Positions 1 to 9,808 of a DNA stretch of 59,292 nt are shown here, one piece after another (the first letter of the stretch is position 1; each line of letters starts with the position of its first letter). A program made the position numbers and the translations under genes. Under the pieces are notes generated by a model that worked only from the letters and a program-made list of their open reading frames with translations, was not told the origin of the DNA and did not search any database. The stretch covers positions 1 through 59,292 of the forward strand of contig DASQHL010000054.1 in the NCBI GenBank assembly GCA_035632115.1. Reading direction: 5' to 3'. The DNA is from Dehalococcoidia bacterium (GTDB taxonomy: Bacteria; Chloroflexota; Dehalococcoidia; DSTF01; JACRBR01).

Positions 1-1
1 G

Positions 2-2572
2 CGCATGGCCGCCCAGGTCGAGGACCACCCCTACGACTACGGCGGCTTCGAAGGCGTCATCCCGAAGAAGAACTACGGCGCCGGCCAGGTCATCGTCTGG
101 GACCAGGGCACCTACACGCCCGACGAGGGAGGCGTGCTCTCATGGGGCAACCGCGCTGAAGGCAGCGCCCGCATGTGCGAGGGCATCGCCGCCGGCAAGC
201 TCTCCTTCACCCTGCGTGGCAAGAAGCTGCGCGGCTCCTGGACGCTCGTCCGCACCGCCCGCAGTCCGAAGGACTGGCTGCTCATCAAGCATCGCGACGA
301 GTTCGCCTCCACGCGTGACGTGCTCGAGGAAGACCGCTCCGTCCTCAGCGGCGTCACCATCCGCGACCTCAAGGAGGGGCGCATGCCGCGGCTCACCGCC
401 GCGGGCGACGGCGCCGCGCCGCACCCCGCCGCGCGCGAAGCGCCCTTTCCCGACCCGCGCGCCCTCCGCCCGATGCTCGCCACCCTGATCGACCGGCCGT
501 TCTCGCGCCCCGGCTGGCTCTTCGAGCCCAAGCTCGACGGCGTGCGCGCTCTCGCCTTCGTCCGCGATGGCGCCCTCGAGCTGCGCAGCCGCCGCGGCAA
601 CCAGGTGACGGCTCAGTACCCGGAGGTGGTTGAGGCCCTCCGCGCGCAGCCTGTGGCCTCTGCTGTCTTCGACGGCGAGATCGTCGCCATCAACGAGCGC
701 GGCGAGCCCGACTTCCAGGAGATCCAGTCCCGCATCAACCTCTCGAAGCCCGCCGAGGTGGAGATCGCCGCCGCCGCCACGCCCGTCTACCTGTACGCCT
801 TCGACCTGCTCTACCTCGATGGCTACGACCTCCGCGACGTGCCGCTCGCCGACCGCAAAGCCCTGCTCTGGCGGACCCTCGTCCCGCACGACCACCTGAA
901 GTACGTCGACCACGTGCGCGAGGACGGCGAGGACCTCTACCGCGCCGCCTCCGGCCTTGGCTTCGAAGGCGTGGTCGCAAAGCGCGCCACCAGCGCCTAC
1001 GAGGCCGGCACGCGCAGCCGCTCCTGGCTCAAGGTGAAAAGCGTGCTCGAGCAGGAGTTCGTCGTCGGCGGCTACAGTGAGGGCGAGGGCTCACGGCGCA
1101 AGACCTTCGGCGGCCTCCTCGTCGGCTACTACGACGGCGATGACCTGCGCTACGCCTCCAGCGTCGGCTCCGGTCTCACCGACAGGGCGCTCGACGAGAT
1201 CAAGGCGCGCTTGCAGGCGATCGAGGTGGACACCCCGCCGTTCGCGAACCCGCCCGACGTCGTCGGCGGGCGCTGGGCCGCCGGCAAGGCCGCACGCTGC
1301 TTCTGGGTGCGCCCGGAGCTCGTCGCGCAGGTCCGTTTTGCCGCCTGGACCCGTGATGGCGGCCTGCGCGCCCCTGTCTTCAAGGGCCTGCGTGCCGATG
1401 TCGATCCCGCCACCGTCCGCCGCGAGGTCGCCGCGGCTTCTTCCGTCGACGCGATCGATGCCGACCCGCCCCCCGACGGCGCGGCCACGGGCGCCGGCCT
1501 CGCGCAGCACTGCGCCGCCATCGTCGCCCAGCTCGATGCCACGCCCGCCGCCGCCTTCACCCTCGATGTTGCCGGCGTCCCCATCAAGCTCACCAACCTC
1601 GACAAGGTTTTCTGGCCCGCGACCGGGGACCACCCGCCGCGCACCAAGCGCGAGCTGATCCGTTACTACGCGCGCGTCGCGCCGTACCTGTTGCCCCACC
1701 TCAAGGACCGGCCGCTCACGCTCACCCGCTACCCCAACGGCATCGATGGCACATCGTTCTACCAGAAGCACTGGCCCTCGCCGTTCCCGCGCGAGTTCCA
1801 CGTCGACCGCGTCTCGCTCTACTCCGCCCACAACGACGCCGACGGCGACTACATCCTCGTCAACAACCTGCAGACGCTGATCTGGCTCGCCCAGCTCGCC
1901 GATCTCGAGATCCACGCCTGGATGTCCCGCGTCGATCCCGAGCCGGACGCCCACGGCCTCGCCACCCACTTTGCCGGCTCCGAGGAAAACATGGACCGCA
2001 GCGTCCTCAACTACCCCGATTTCATGATTTTCGACCTCGACCCATACATCTACGCCGGCACCGAAAAGAAGGGCGACGAGCCCGCGCTCAACCGCCGCGC
2101 CTTCGAGAAGACGCGCGAGATGGCCTTCTCGCTCAAAGATCTGCTCCAGCAGTTGCGGCTCTCGTCCTTCGTCAAGACGACCGGCAAGACCGGCCTGCAC
2201 ATCTACGTCCCCGTCCTGCGCCACTACGCCTACGACGAGATCCGCGCCGCCAGCGCCGCCGTCGGCCAGTTCATGGTGCAACAGCACCCGGACGACCTCA
2301 CCATGGAGTGGCAGACTGTCAAGCGCACCGGCAAGATCTTCTTCGACCACAACCAGAACACCCGCGGCAAGACGCTCGCCGCCGAATACTCCCTCCGCCC
2401 GTCGCCCTCCGCCGCCGCCTCCGCGCCCGTCACCTGGGAGGAGCTCCCCGACGTTTACCCCACCGACTTCGACATCGACACGGAGCCGGAACGCCTCTCC
2501 CGCATCGGCGATCTCTGGTCCGGCATCCTCGATGCCAAGCAGGACCTGCGTGCCCTAATCGAATCCACATGA
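2..2572 (+). CDS. ligD: Multidomain ATP-dependent DNA ligase LigD (3'-phosphoesterase / ligase / primase-polymerase order), 5' end cut by the window edge
   Basis: ORF 5..2572. It opens with VEDHPYDYGGFEGVIP...YGAGQVIVWDQGTY, the middle of a LigD phosphoesterase domain, so the true start lies upstream. FEPKLDGVRA is the KxDG adenylation motif. The C-terminal LigD polymerase domain is present (FMIFDLDP, KTTGKTGLHIYVP). Confidence 0.9.
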   Translation, partial: RMAAQVEDHPYDYGGFEGVIPKKNYGAGQVIVWDQGTYTPDEGGVLSWGNRAEGSARMCEGIAAGKLSFTLRGKKLRGSWTLVRTARSPKDWLLIKHRDEFASTRDVLEEDRSVLSGVTIRDLKEGRMPRLTAAGDGAAPHPAAREAPFPDPRALRPMLATLIDRPFSRPGWLFEPKLDGVRALAFVRDGALELRSRRGNQVTAQYPEVVEALRAQPVASAVFDGEIVAINERGEPDFQEIQSRINLSKPAEVEIAAAATPVYLYAFDLLYLDGYDLRDVPLADRKALLWRTLVPHDHLKYVDHVREDGEDLYRAASGLGFEGVVAKRATSAYEAGTRSRSWLKVKSVLEQEFVVGGYSEGEGSRRKTFGGLLVGYYDGDDLRYASSVGSGLTDRALDEIKARLQAIEVDTPPFANPPDVVGGRWAAGKAARCFWVRPELVAQVRFAAWTRDGGLRAPVFKGLRADVDPATVRREVAAASSVDAIDADPPPDGAATGAGLAQHCAAIVAQLDATPAAAFTLDVAGVPIKLTNLDKVFWPATGDHPPRTKRELIRYYARVAPYLLPHLKDRPLTLTRYPNGIDGTSFYQKHWPSPFPREFHVDRVSLYSAHNDADGDYILVNNLQTLIWLAQLADLEIHAWMSRVDPEPDAHGLATHFAGSEENMDRSVLNYPDFMIFDLDPYIYAGTEKKGDEPALNRRAFEKTREMAFSLKDLLQQLRLSSFVKTTGKTGLHIYVPVLRHYAYDEIRAASAAVGQFMVQQHPDDLTMEWQTVKRTGKIFFDHNQNTRGKTLAAEYSLRPSPSAAASAPVTWEELPDVYPTDFDIDTEPERLSRIGDLWSGILDAKQDLRALIEST

Positions 2573-2627
2573 TCAACGGCATCGGTTGCCCCACCCCCAG
2601 CCGTACCCTAGTGTGGAGGCGGTGGCA

Positions 2628-3644
2628 GTGAGCGACGCCGACCTGTTCTCGTCCTTGATGCGCCGCGCCCTCGATCGGCGCGCGTTCCTCCGCGGTGCGG
2701 CCGGCGCCGGTGCGGGCGGCGCAGCCCTGATCGCGTTCGGATGCGGCGCGTCGTCCTCCCCGAAGGCAACGCCGTCCGCCGTCGCCAGCGGCACACCCGC
2801 CCCGGGCGGTACCGGCGCCGCCGGCGCCCTCCACCCCGCCCTCCTCACGCAGGAGTTCGTCGCCGGTCAGGACAACCGCTTCTCAGTCGGCCTTCTCGAT
2901 GGCGCCGGCAAGCTCGTGAAGAACGCTGCCGTCCACCTGCGCTTCTACACTATCGGCGCCGATGGCAAGACCGGCACCTTTCGCGGCGAGGGTGACGCTA
3001 CCTTCGTCGAACTGAATGTCCCCGGCGCCCACACCCACGACAGCAGCCCCGGGAGCGCCGTCGCCGACGACAGCGTCGCCTTCTACGTCGCACACACGCC
3101 GTTCGACGTCGCCGGCAAGTGGGGCGTCGAGATCGATGTGAAGCCGGACAACGGCGGCGCGCCCGAAGAAGTCCAGGTGCCGTTCGACGTGCTCGATAAG
3201 TCTCAGAGCCCCGGCATCGGCACCGTCCCGCCCGCCAGCCACAACGACACCACCGCAACCAACCACAACCCCGCCAGCCTCTGCTCCCGCGTCCCCGTCT
3301 GCCCGCTCCACGACAAGGTGATCGCCGACGTGCTGGGAAAGGGCCGCCCGCTCGTCGTCCAGTTCAGCACCCCGGCCTTCTGCGCGACCCGCTTCTGCGG
3401 CCCTGTGTTGGAGGTGGCGCTTACGCAGGTGCCGCAGTACCAGGACCGCGTCGACTTCGTGCACATCGAGATCTGGCAGGACCACCAGCTCCAGCAGTAC
3501 CGCCCCGCCGTCAAGGAGTGGAACCTGCCCGGCGAGCCCTACACCTTCTTCATGGGCAAGGACGGCAAGGTCGCCGGACGCCTGGAGGCGATCTTCAGCG
3601 ACGAAGAGCTCTCCTCCGCGCTGAAGCAGCTCGTTGCGCTCTAG
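2628..3644 (+). CDS. Tat-signal lipoprotein with a C-terminal thioredoxin-fold (redoxin/TlpA/SCO-like) domain
   Basis: RRALDRRAFLRGAAGAGAGGAALIAFGCG gives a twin-arginine motif plus a lipobox-like FGC. The C-terminal GRPLVVQFSTPAFCATRFCGP...FFMGKDGKV resembles a redoxin fold with an atypical CxxxxC. Start set at in-frame GTG 2628, 10 nt after GGAGG; ATG 2658 is also possible. Confidence 0.7.
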   Translation: MSDADLFSSLMRRALDRRAFLRGAAGAGAGGAALIAFGCGASSSPKATPSAVASGTPAPGGTGAAGALHPALLTQEFVAGQDNRFSVGLLDGAGKLVKNAAVHLRFYTIGADGKTGTFRGEGDATFVELNVPGAHTHDSSPGSAVADDSVAFYVAHTPFDVAGKWGVEIDVKPDNGGAPEEVQVPFDVLDKSQSPGIGTVPPASHNDTTATNHNPASLCSRVPVCPLHDKVIADVLGKGRPLVVQFSTPAFCATRFCGPVLEVALTQVPQYQDRVDFVHIEIWQDHQLQQYRPAVKEWNLPGEPYTFFMGKDGKVAGRLEAIFSDEELSSALKQLVAL

Positions 3645-3775
3645 AGAACACGCCCCCCTTCCCCCTCTGGTGCATTCGTTGATTGACATAAGTGATCATC
3701 AGGTGCCGGGCCATGCGCCGAGTATTGCTGTGTCGGCATGCCGCGTCAGCATGTGCGCAAGCGAAGGAGCCGCCC

Positions 3776-4618
3776 GTGTCCCGCATCCTTGCCGCGTTCC
3801 TGCTGATCGCTCTGTTCGCCGCCGCCACCGCCTGCGGCACCGGCGACAAGGCCCGCCCTCCGGCCACCCCCGTCCCCACGGAGCGTGCCGCCGCCACGCA
3901 GCCTGCCGCCTCGACGACCCCCGCCGCCGCCCCAGGCCCCGGCGATAGTGCCGCCGTCGGCAACATCTTCTCGACCGTGCTCGGCGGCGCCTTCAGCGGC
4001 GGAGCCAGTGCCCCCGGCGCACAGAAGGCGTCGGATCCCACGCTTTCGCGCTTCCTCCCGGATGCCACCGACCTGCCGCCCGGGTACACGCCGCTCGGCC
4101 AGTTCACCTACCGGCTCCCGGACGGCATCACCAGGAACGGCGGCATGGATATGGCCGCCACCATGGCGATGCGGGGCGACCCTTCGTCGCATGACCCCGC
4201 GAAAGTCGACATGCTGATGTCCATGGTGCTCGAGCCGGACGACCTCACCGCCCTCGGCAAGGCGCTCTCCAGCATCGGCCAGCTCAACGACCAGGCGCTG
4301 CAGAAGTCGCTGGCCGATGCAGGCGGCAGCTTCGCTGGCATCACCATTAAGGACGTCCACACGCTCAACGCGTCGGGACTCGGTCAGGGCGCGGCCGGCA
4401 TCAGCATGACCATGGACATGAGCGCATTCATGTCGAAGCTCGGCGGCGCCGCCGCGGCCGCAAAGGTCTCGGTGATCACCATGCACATGTACATGTTCGG
4501 CCGCGGCAGCTACATCGGCGCCGTCATCCGCATGGGCTTCACGCCCACGCTCTCCGGCGGCGTCGATGAGCTCGGCCTGGCGAAGGTCATCGATGCGAAG
4601 CTGAAGGCCGGCGGATAA
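3776..4618 (+). CDS. Methionine-rich secreted lipoprotein, function unknown
   Basis: Start is GTG 3776, 6 nt after GAAGGAG. Signal peptide plus lipobox: ILAAFLLIALFAAATACG. Repeated MxM-type strings: MDMAATMAM, DMLMSMV, ISMTMDMSAFMSK, ITMHMYMF. Confidence 0.65.
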   Translation: MSRILAAFLLIALFAAATACGTGDKARPPATPVPTERAAATQPAASTTPAAAPGPGDSAAVGNIFSTVLGGAFSGGASAPGAQKASDPTLSRFLPDATDLPPGYTPLGQFTYRLPDGITRNGGMDMAATMAMRGDPSSHDPAKVDMLMSMVLEPDDLTALGKALSSIGQLNDQALQKSLADAGGSFAGITIKDVHTLNASGLGQGAAGISMTMDMSAFMSKLGGAAAAAKVSVITMHMYMFGRGSYIGAVIRMGFTPTLSGGVDELGLAKVIDAKLKAGG

Positions 4619-4693
4619 GCCCCGGTCTTCTCTCGCGCGCTCTCTCGGTTGTCCCGATGCCGTCCGCCCTCGCGTCCCTGAACGCGGCTGGCT

Positions 4694-4705
4694 ATCAATT
4701 TTGAT
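4694..4705. promoter_or_regulatory. Inverted repeat ATCAA-tt-TTGAT in an AT-rich island upstream of sufR (candidate operator)
   Basis: Perfect 5-nt arms with a 2-nt spacer, inside the only AT-rich stretch (about 4690-4740) of this region. Confidence 0.3.
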
Positions 4706-4734
4706 ATAAAATTGCATTTTAAGTCTGTTTTCGC

Positions 4735-4763
4735 TTGATACGAGCCCTCCCGCTCGCTACGAT
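4735..4763 (+). promoter_or_regulatory. Candidate sigma-70 promoter of the suf operon (TTGATA-17 nt-TACGAT)
   Basis: The -35 is at 4735-4740, the -10 at 4758-4763, spacer 17 nt. The predicted TSS is about 3 nt before ATG 4773 and there is no SD, which suggests a leaderless sufR mRNA. Confidence 0.35.
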
Positions 4764-4772
4764 CGAAGTGCC

Positions 4773-5510
4773 ATGAAATCCACCCGCGACCTGATGCGTG
4801 ATGTGCTCGCCGCCCGCGGCGAAGCCACCGTCGGCGAGATCGCCGCCGAGTTGCATCTCAACCAGGCCAACATCCGCCGACACCTCGAGGTCCTCCGCGC
4901 CGAGGGCCTGGTCGATGTCCGCATCCAGCGCCATGAGGTCGGCCGCCCGGCCTACGTCTATCGCCTCACCGAGCGCGCCGAGGAGCAGAGCGGCCACTAC
5001 CCGCGCCTCGTCAACCGCATGTTCCGCCGCATCGCCGCCCTCCCCGCCGATCAGGCCGCCGTCGGCCAGGTGCTGCTCGAGCAGGTGTTCGATGGCGTCG
5101 CCCAGGACATCGCTGGCACCTACCGTCCCATGGTCACCGGCGCCACCGTCGCGGAACGCGTCGCCGAAACCAGCGCCGCCCTGCGCGACGAGGGCATCGT
5201 CGACCACTGGCGCCAGGACGCCGATGGCTTCCACCTCATGAACACCGCCTGCCCCTACCGCAAGGCCGCCGAGGCGTCCGAAGCCCCCTGCCACGCCGAT
5301 ACGCGCGTCGTCGAGATGCTCATCGGCGCCCCCGTCGTGCAGGTCGGCCGCATGGTTGATGGCCATGCAATGTGCGAGTACGTGGTGCAGAGCGCAGGGA
5401 CACCGAAGACTGGCGGCGCGAAGCGCCCCCGTGCGCGCAAGGGCGCCGGGCAGTGGACGCAGCGGTCGCCCCGATCGGGCGGCGGGAAGGGACGAACACA
5501 GGATGCCTGA
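4773..5510 (+). CDS. sufR: SufR-like winged-helix (ArsR/DeoR-type) Fe-S cluster biogenesis regulator
   Basis: N-terminal HTH: [33 protein letters not shown]-terminal Cys set includes C-X12-C ([14 protein letters not shown]) plus a third Cys. It is the first gene of the suf operon and overlaps sufC by 8 nt. Confidence 0.7.
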   Translation: MKSTRDLMRDVLAARGEATVGEIAAELHLNQANIRRHLEVLRAEGLVDVRIQRHEVGRPAYVYRLTERAEEQSGHYPRLVNRMFRRIAALPADQAAVGQVLLEQVFDGVAQDIAGTYRPMVTGATVAERVAETSAALRDEGIVDHWRQDADGFHLMNTACPYRKAAEASEAPCHADTRVVEMLIGAPVVQVGRMVDGHAMCEYVVQSAGTPKTGGAKRPRARKGAGQWTQRSPRSGGGKGRTQDA

Positions 5511-6285
5511 AGACGTGTTGCTGAAGATCAGCGGCCTGACGGTCGCCGTCGAGGGGAAGCAGATCCTCAACGGCGTCGACCTCACGGTCGACCGCGGCGA
5601 GGTGCACGCCATCATGGGCCCCAACGGCTCCGGCAAGAGCACACTCGCCAACGCCCTGATGGGCCACCCCCGCTATCAGGTGACCGGCGGCTCCGTGCTC
5701 TTCAAGGGCGAAAGCATCCTCGGCCTCCCGCCCGATGAGCGCGCTCGCCGCGGCATGTTCCTCGCCTTCCAGTACCCCACGGGCATCCCCGGTGTCACCA
5801 TGGTCAACTTCCTCCGCCAGGCCATGAAGGCCGTGCGCCGCGAGGACGTGCCGATCCGTGAGTTCCGCGAGAAGCTCTTCGCCACCATGAAGCTCCTCCG
5901 CGTCGATGAGCAGTTCGCCCGTCGCTACGTCAACGAGGGATTCTCCGGCGGCGAAAAGAAGCGCGCCGAGATCCTCCAGATGGGCATCCTCGACCCCGAC
6001 CTCGCCGTTATGGACGAGACGGACTCCGGCCTGGACATCGACGCACTGCGCACCGTCGCCGAGGGCGTCAACGCGCTCACTACGCCGAAGCTCGGCATCG
6101 TGCTCATCACCCACTACCAGCGGCTGCTCAACTACATCAAGCCGCAGTTCGTCCACATCCTCTACCAGGGACGGATCATCGAATCCGGCGGGCCGGACCT
6201 GGCACTGCAGCTCGAAGCGGAGGGGTACGACCCCGTGATCGCGAAACACGGCCCTGTGCTGGCCGCGACGGGAGAGAAGGCCTGA
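5503..6285 (+). CDS. sufC: Fe-S cluster assembly ATPase SufC
   Basis: ATG 5503 begins [14 protein letters not shown]. Walker [10 protein letters not shown], the ABC signature FSGGEKKR, and Walker [13 protein letters not shown]-like [13 protein letters not shown] are present. Confidence 0.95.
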   Translation: MPEDVLLKISGLTVAVEGKQILNGVDLTVDRGEVHAIMGPNGSGKSTLANALMGHPRYQVTGGSVLFKGESILGLPPDERARRGMFLAFQYPTGIPGVTMVNFLRQAMKAVRREDVPIREFREKLFATMKLLRVDEQFARRYVNEGFSGGEKKRAEILQMGILDPDLAVMDETDSGLDIDALRTVAEGVNALTTPKLGIVLITHYQRLLNYIKPQFVHILYQGRIIESGGPDLALQLEAEGYDPVIAKHGPVLAATGEKA

Positions 6286-6287
6286 CC

Positions 6288-7718
6288 ATGGTTGCGAAGG
6301 TCACACCGCAGATCGCGGAGCAGGACGGCTACAAGTTCGGCTTCAACGACAACGACAACGCCACCTACAAGTACCGCACCGAAAAGGGGCTCAGCGAAGA
6401 CGTCGTGCGCGAGATCTCGCGTGTCAAGAACGAACCTCAGTGGATGACGGACTTCCGCATCAAGTCCTACCACCACTTCCTCGAAAAGCCCATGCCCACC
6501 GGCTTCTGGGGCGGCAGCATCCAGAACTACCATCTCGACTTCAACGATATCTACTACTACGCTCGCGCCTCTGACCGCCCCGAGGACTCCTGGGAGGACG
6601 TGCCGGAATACATCAAGGACACCTTCGAGAAGCTCGGCATCCCCGAGGCCGAGCGCAAGTCGCTCATCGCCGGCGTCGGCGCACAGTACGACTCCGAGGT
6701 CGTCTACCACAGCATCCGCGAAGACCTCGAGAAGCTCGGCGTCATCTTCACCGATACCGATAGCGCCGTCCGCGACTACCCGGAAATCATGCAGAAGTAC
6801 TTCGGCACGATCGTCCCGCCCGCCGACAACAAGTTCGCCGCGCTCAATAGCGCCGTCTGGTCCGGCGGCAGCTTCGTCTACGTCCCCGCTGGCGTCAAAG
6901 TCGATATCCCGCTCCAGGCCTACTTCCGCATCAACAAGGAGAACATGGGCCAGTTCGAGCGGACCCTGATCATCGCCGAGGAGGGCAGCTACGTCCACTA
7001 CGTCGAGGGCTGCACCGCCCCGACCTACTCCACCGACTCCCTCCACAGCGCCGTCGTCGAGATCATCGTCAAGAAGAACGCCCGCGTGCGCTACACCACC
7101 ATCCAGAACTGGTCGACCAACGTCTTCAATCTCGTCACCAAGCGCGCCGCCGCCTACGAGAACGCCATCATGGAGTGGGTCGATGGCAACCTCGGCTCCC
7201 AGCTCACCATGAAGTACCCCAGCGTCTACCTCATGGAGCCCGGCGCCCACGGCGAGATCCTCTCCCTCGCCATGGCGTCCAACGGCCAGCACCAGGACGC
7301 CGGCGGTAAGATCGTCCACGCGGCGCCGGACACGACCTCCACGATCATCTCGAAATCCGTCTCCAAGGGCAGCGGCCGCACCAGCTACCGCGGCGCACTC
7401 AAGGTCTACCCCGGTGCGAAGCGCTCGAAGGCGACGGTGCGCTGCGACGCGCTCCTGCTCGACAAGGAGTCCCGCTCCGACACCTACCCCCTCATGGAGA
7501 TCGAGGAGGATCAGGTCACCATCGGCCACGAGGCCTCGGTTTCGAAGGTCGGCGAGGACCAGCTCTTCTACCTCCAGACCCGCGGCATCACTGAGGTCGA
7601 GGCGACCAAGCTGATCGTCAACGGCTTCGTCGAGCCGATCGTCAAGGAGCTGCCGATGGAGTACGCGGTCGCGCACAACCGCCTCATCGAGCTGCAGATG
7701 GAAGGCGCCGTCGGATGA
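6288..7718 (+). CDS. sufB: Fe-S cluster assembly scaffold SufB
   Basis: 476 aa. Typical SufB strings: [32 protein letters not shown]. Confidence 0.95.
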   Translation: MVAKVTPQIAEQDGYKFGFNDNDNATYKYRTEKGLSEDVVREISRVKNEPQWMTDFRIKSYHHFLEKPMPTGFWGGSIQNYHLDFNDIYYYARASDRPEDSWEDVPEYIKDTFEKLGIPEAERKSLIAGVGAQYDSEVVYHSIREDLEKLGVIFTDTDSAVRDYPEIMQKYFGTIVPPADNKFAALNSAVWSGGSFVYVPAGVKVDIPLQAYFRINKENMGQFERTLIIAEEGSYVHYVEGCTAPTYSTDSLHSAVVEIIVKKNARVRYTTIQNWSTNVFNLVTKRAAAYENAIMEWVDGNLGSQLTMKYPSVYLMEPGAHGEILSLAMASNGQHQDAGGKIVHAAPDTTSTIISKSVSKGSGRTSYRGALKVYPGAKRSKATVRCDALLLDKESRSDTYPLMEIEEDQVTIGHEASVSKVGEDQLFYLQTRGITEVEATKLIVNGFVEPIVKELPMEYAVAHNRLIELQMEGAVG

Positions 7719-7833
7719 CCCGCCGCGCCCCGACCTGCTCTGCTGAATCCCGCCCCTCCAACCTGCCGCGCGTAGGAACACAGGCTGCTGCGCCCGCCTC
7801 CGTGACCGGCACGCCGCCCGAATCGGACCCGAG

Positions 7834-9207
7834 ATGACTCAGGATCTGCTCACCACTTGCATCACCGGCCTCGCACTTGCTGACGTCGACAACGTGTCGG
7901 CGCGGCGCGACGAGCCGGCGTGGCTGCGCGACCTGCGTCACGACGCCTGGCGCCAGTACGAGACGATGGACTTCCCGGATGTCTACGACGAGGAGTGGCG
8001 CCGCACCGACGTCCGCTCCCTCACCTTCGAAGGCCTGCGCTCCCTGAGCGCCTCGGCGCCCGTCGCCACCGCCGCCGAGCTGCCTGCCCCGCTGCGGAGT
8101 GCCTGGGGCGAGGGCGCTCTTGCCGGCCGCGTCATCCAGCATGACTCCGACGTCGTGCGCCTCGAACTGGACGATGCGCTGCGCGCCCGCGGCGTCATCC
8201 TGACGGACATGCACACCGCGGCGCGCGAGCACCCGGGGCTGATCCAGCGCCACTTCGCGCAAACCGTGACCGCCGCCGAGTGGAAGTACCTCGCCCTGAA
8301 TGCGGCGCTCTGGAGCGGCGGCTGCTTCCTCTATGTCCCCGCCAACGTCGAGGTCGCCCTCCCCGTCCAGCTCGCCACCGTCGCCTCGACCGGGGGGCTG
8401 GCGCTGTTCCCGCGCACCCTGGTCGTTGTCGATCGCAACGCGAAGGTCACCTTCATCGACGAGACGCTGTCCCCCGACCACGTCACGAAGTCGCTCGTCA
8501 GCGCCGCCGTCGAGATCGTTGTCGGCGAGGGCGCCCACGTCGAGTACTACGATGTCAACCGCTGGGGCAACAACGTCTACAACTTCAAGACCGTGCGCGC
8601 CACGCTCGGCCGCGACGCCCAGCTCCGCGCCGCGGCGGTCGGCATCGGCTCCAGGCTCACCAAGATGCGCATCGATACCCTCATGCCGCAGCCGGGCGCC
8701 CGCGCCGAACTGCTCGGCGTGACCTTCGGCGACGGCGACCAGCATTTCGACTACAACACCCTCCAGGATCACGTCGGTGAGCACACCATCAGCGACCTCC
8801 AGTTCAAGTCGGCCCTCGCCGGCAACGCCTCGCTCGTCTGGTACGGCATCACGCGCATCGAGCCGCCGGCCGCTGGCAGCGAAGCGAACCAGACCTCGCG
8901 CAACCTGCTGCTCAGCGAGCACGCCAAGGCCTCCCCCATCCCCGTGCTGGAGATCGAGGCCTGGGACGTCTCGAAGTGCAGCCACGGCGCCACCGCTGGC
9001 CCCGTTGATGAAGACCAGCTCTTCTACCTGCAGGCCCGTGCCATCCCCCGCGAGGTCGCCGAGCGCATGCTCGTCGAGGGCTTCTTCGCCGACGTCATCG
9101 ATCGCATCCCCGACGCCCGGCTGCGCGACCGCGTGCTCGATGCCGTGCTGGCCAAGGCCGGCGGCAGCGCCGGCATGGTCTCCTTCGACGATGTGGCCGG
9201 CGCATGA
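7834..9207 (+). CDS. sufD: Fe-S cluster assembly protein SufD
   Basis: 457 aa SufB/D-family beta-helix protein ([25 protein letters not shown]) sitting after sufB. Confidence 0.9.
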   Translation: MTQDLLTTCITGLALADVDNVSARRDEPAWLRDLRHDAWRQYETMDFPDVYDEEWRRTDVRSLTFEGLRSLSASAPVATAAELPAPLRSAWGEGALAGRVIQHDSDVVRLELDDALRARGVILTDMHTAAREHPGLIQRHFAQTVTAAEWKYLALNAALWSGGCFLYVPANVEVALPVQLATVASTGGLALFPRTLVVVDRNAKVTFIDETLSPDHVTKSLVSAAVEIVVGEGAHVEYYDVNRWGNNVYNFKTVRATLGRDAQLRAAAVGIGSRLTKMRIDTLMPQPGARAELLGVTFGDGDQHFDYNTLQDHVGEHTISDLQFKSALAGNASLVWYGITRIEPPAAGSEANQTSRNLLLSEHAKASPIPVLEIEAWDVSKCSHGATAGPVDEDQLFYLQARAIPREVAERMLVEGFFADVIDRIPDARLRDRVLDAVLAKAGGSAGMVSFDDVAGA

Positions 9208-9247
9208 ATCCGGCTCCTTCATCACCGGCCGCCTCGCTGTCAGAGTT

Positions 9248-9282
9248 CCCCTTCCCTTCAGGGAAGGGTTCAGGGGTTAAGT
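9248..9282 (+). repeat. Hairpin-plus-tail repeat, copy A (CCCTTCCC-ttca-GGGAAGGG + TTCAGGGGTTAAGT)
   Basis: The stem is 9249-9256 paired with 9261-9268. The G-rich tail ends 1 nt before ATG 9284. Same architecture as the copies at 45555, 46829, 47011 and 48381. Confidence 0.75.
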
Positions 9283-9283
9283 A

Positions 9284-9595
9284 ATGGGAGAGTTCGTCGC
9301 CGTGGCGAAGGTCGCCGATACGCCGCCGGGCACCATCAGTGTCCACGAGGCCAGCGGCGTCCGCATCGCCCTCTGCAACGTCAACGGCCGCTTCTACGCC
9401 ATCGATGACGTCTGCACCCACGACGCCGGCCCCCTCGACCAGGGCGAGCTCGAGGGCGAGCTGGTCGAATGCCCGCGTCACGGCGCGAAGTTCAACGTCA
9501 CCGACGGCCGTGCCGTCGTGCTGCCCGCCGTGCGTCCCGTCAAGACCTACCCCGTGCAAGTCGATGGCGACGATGTGAAGGTGGACCTGGGATGA
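9284..9595 (+). CDS. Small Rieske [2Fe-2S] ferredoxin embedded in the suf operon
   Basis: 103 aa with CTHDAGPL...CPRHGAKF, the Rieske CxH...CxxH motif. Confidence 0.9.
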   Translation: MGEFVAVAKVADTPPGTISVHEASGVRIALCNVNGRFYAIDDVCTHDAGPLDQGELEGELVECPRHGAKFNVTDGRAVVLPAVRPVKTYPVQVDGDDVKVDLG

Positions 9596-9808
9596 CATCG
9601 CACGCTTTGAGATCGCTCCCCGCGCACGTACAGTCACCTCGGTTCAGTGTCGGCGCATCGATCGCAAGCCCGGCGGCGTCGGCTGACTGGCGCGATGGCC
9701 AAAAGTGCAAAACGAAGATAATCGGTCAACTCTTGCCAGGGCGCGCGGCGCGCCACGCGAATGACGGTCGGCGTCCGTTGCCGGCCAACGCCGCAGAGGT
9801 CCCCCGCC

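Noticed and set aside
3683-3688. TTGACA hexamer upstream of the Met-rich lipoprotein gene, considered as a promoter.
   Set aside because: No acceptable -10 hexamer lies 16-19 nt downstream; the sequence there is CCGGGC.
9696-9709. Sigma-54-like TGGCC-N5-TGCA element upstream of sufS.
   Set aside because: The GG-to-GC spacing is 10 nt instead of the canonical 12, and the surrounding bases do not match TGGCACG-N4-TTGCW.
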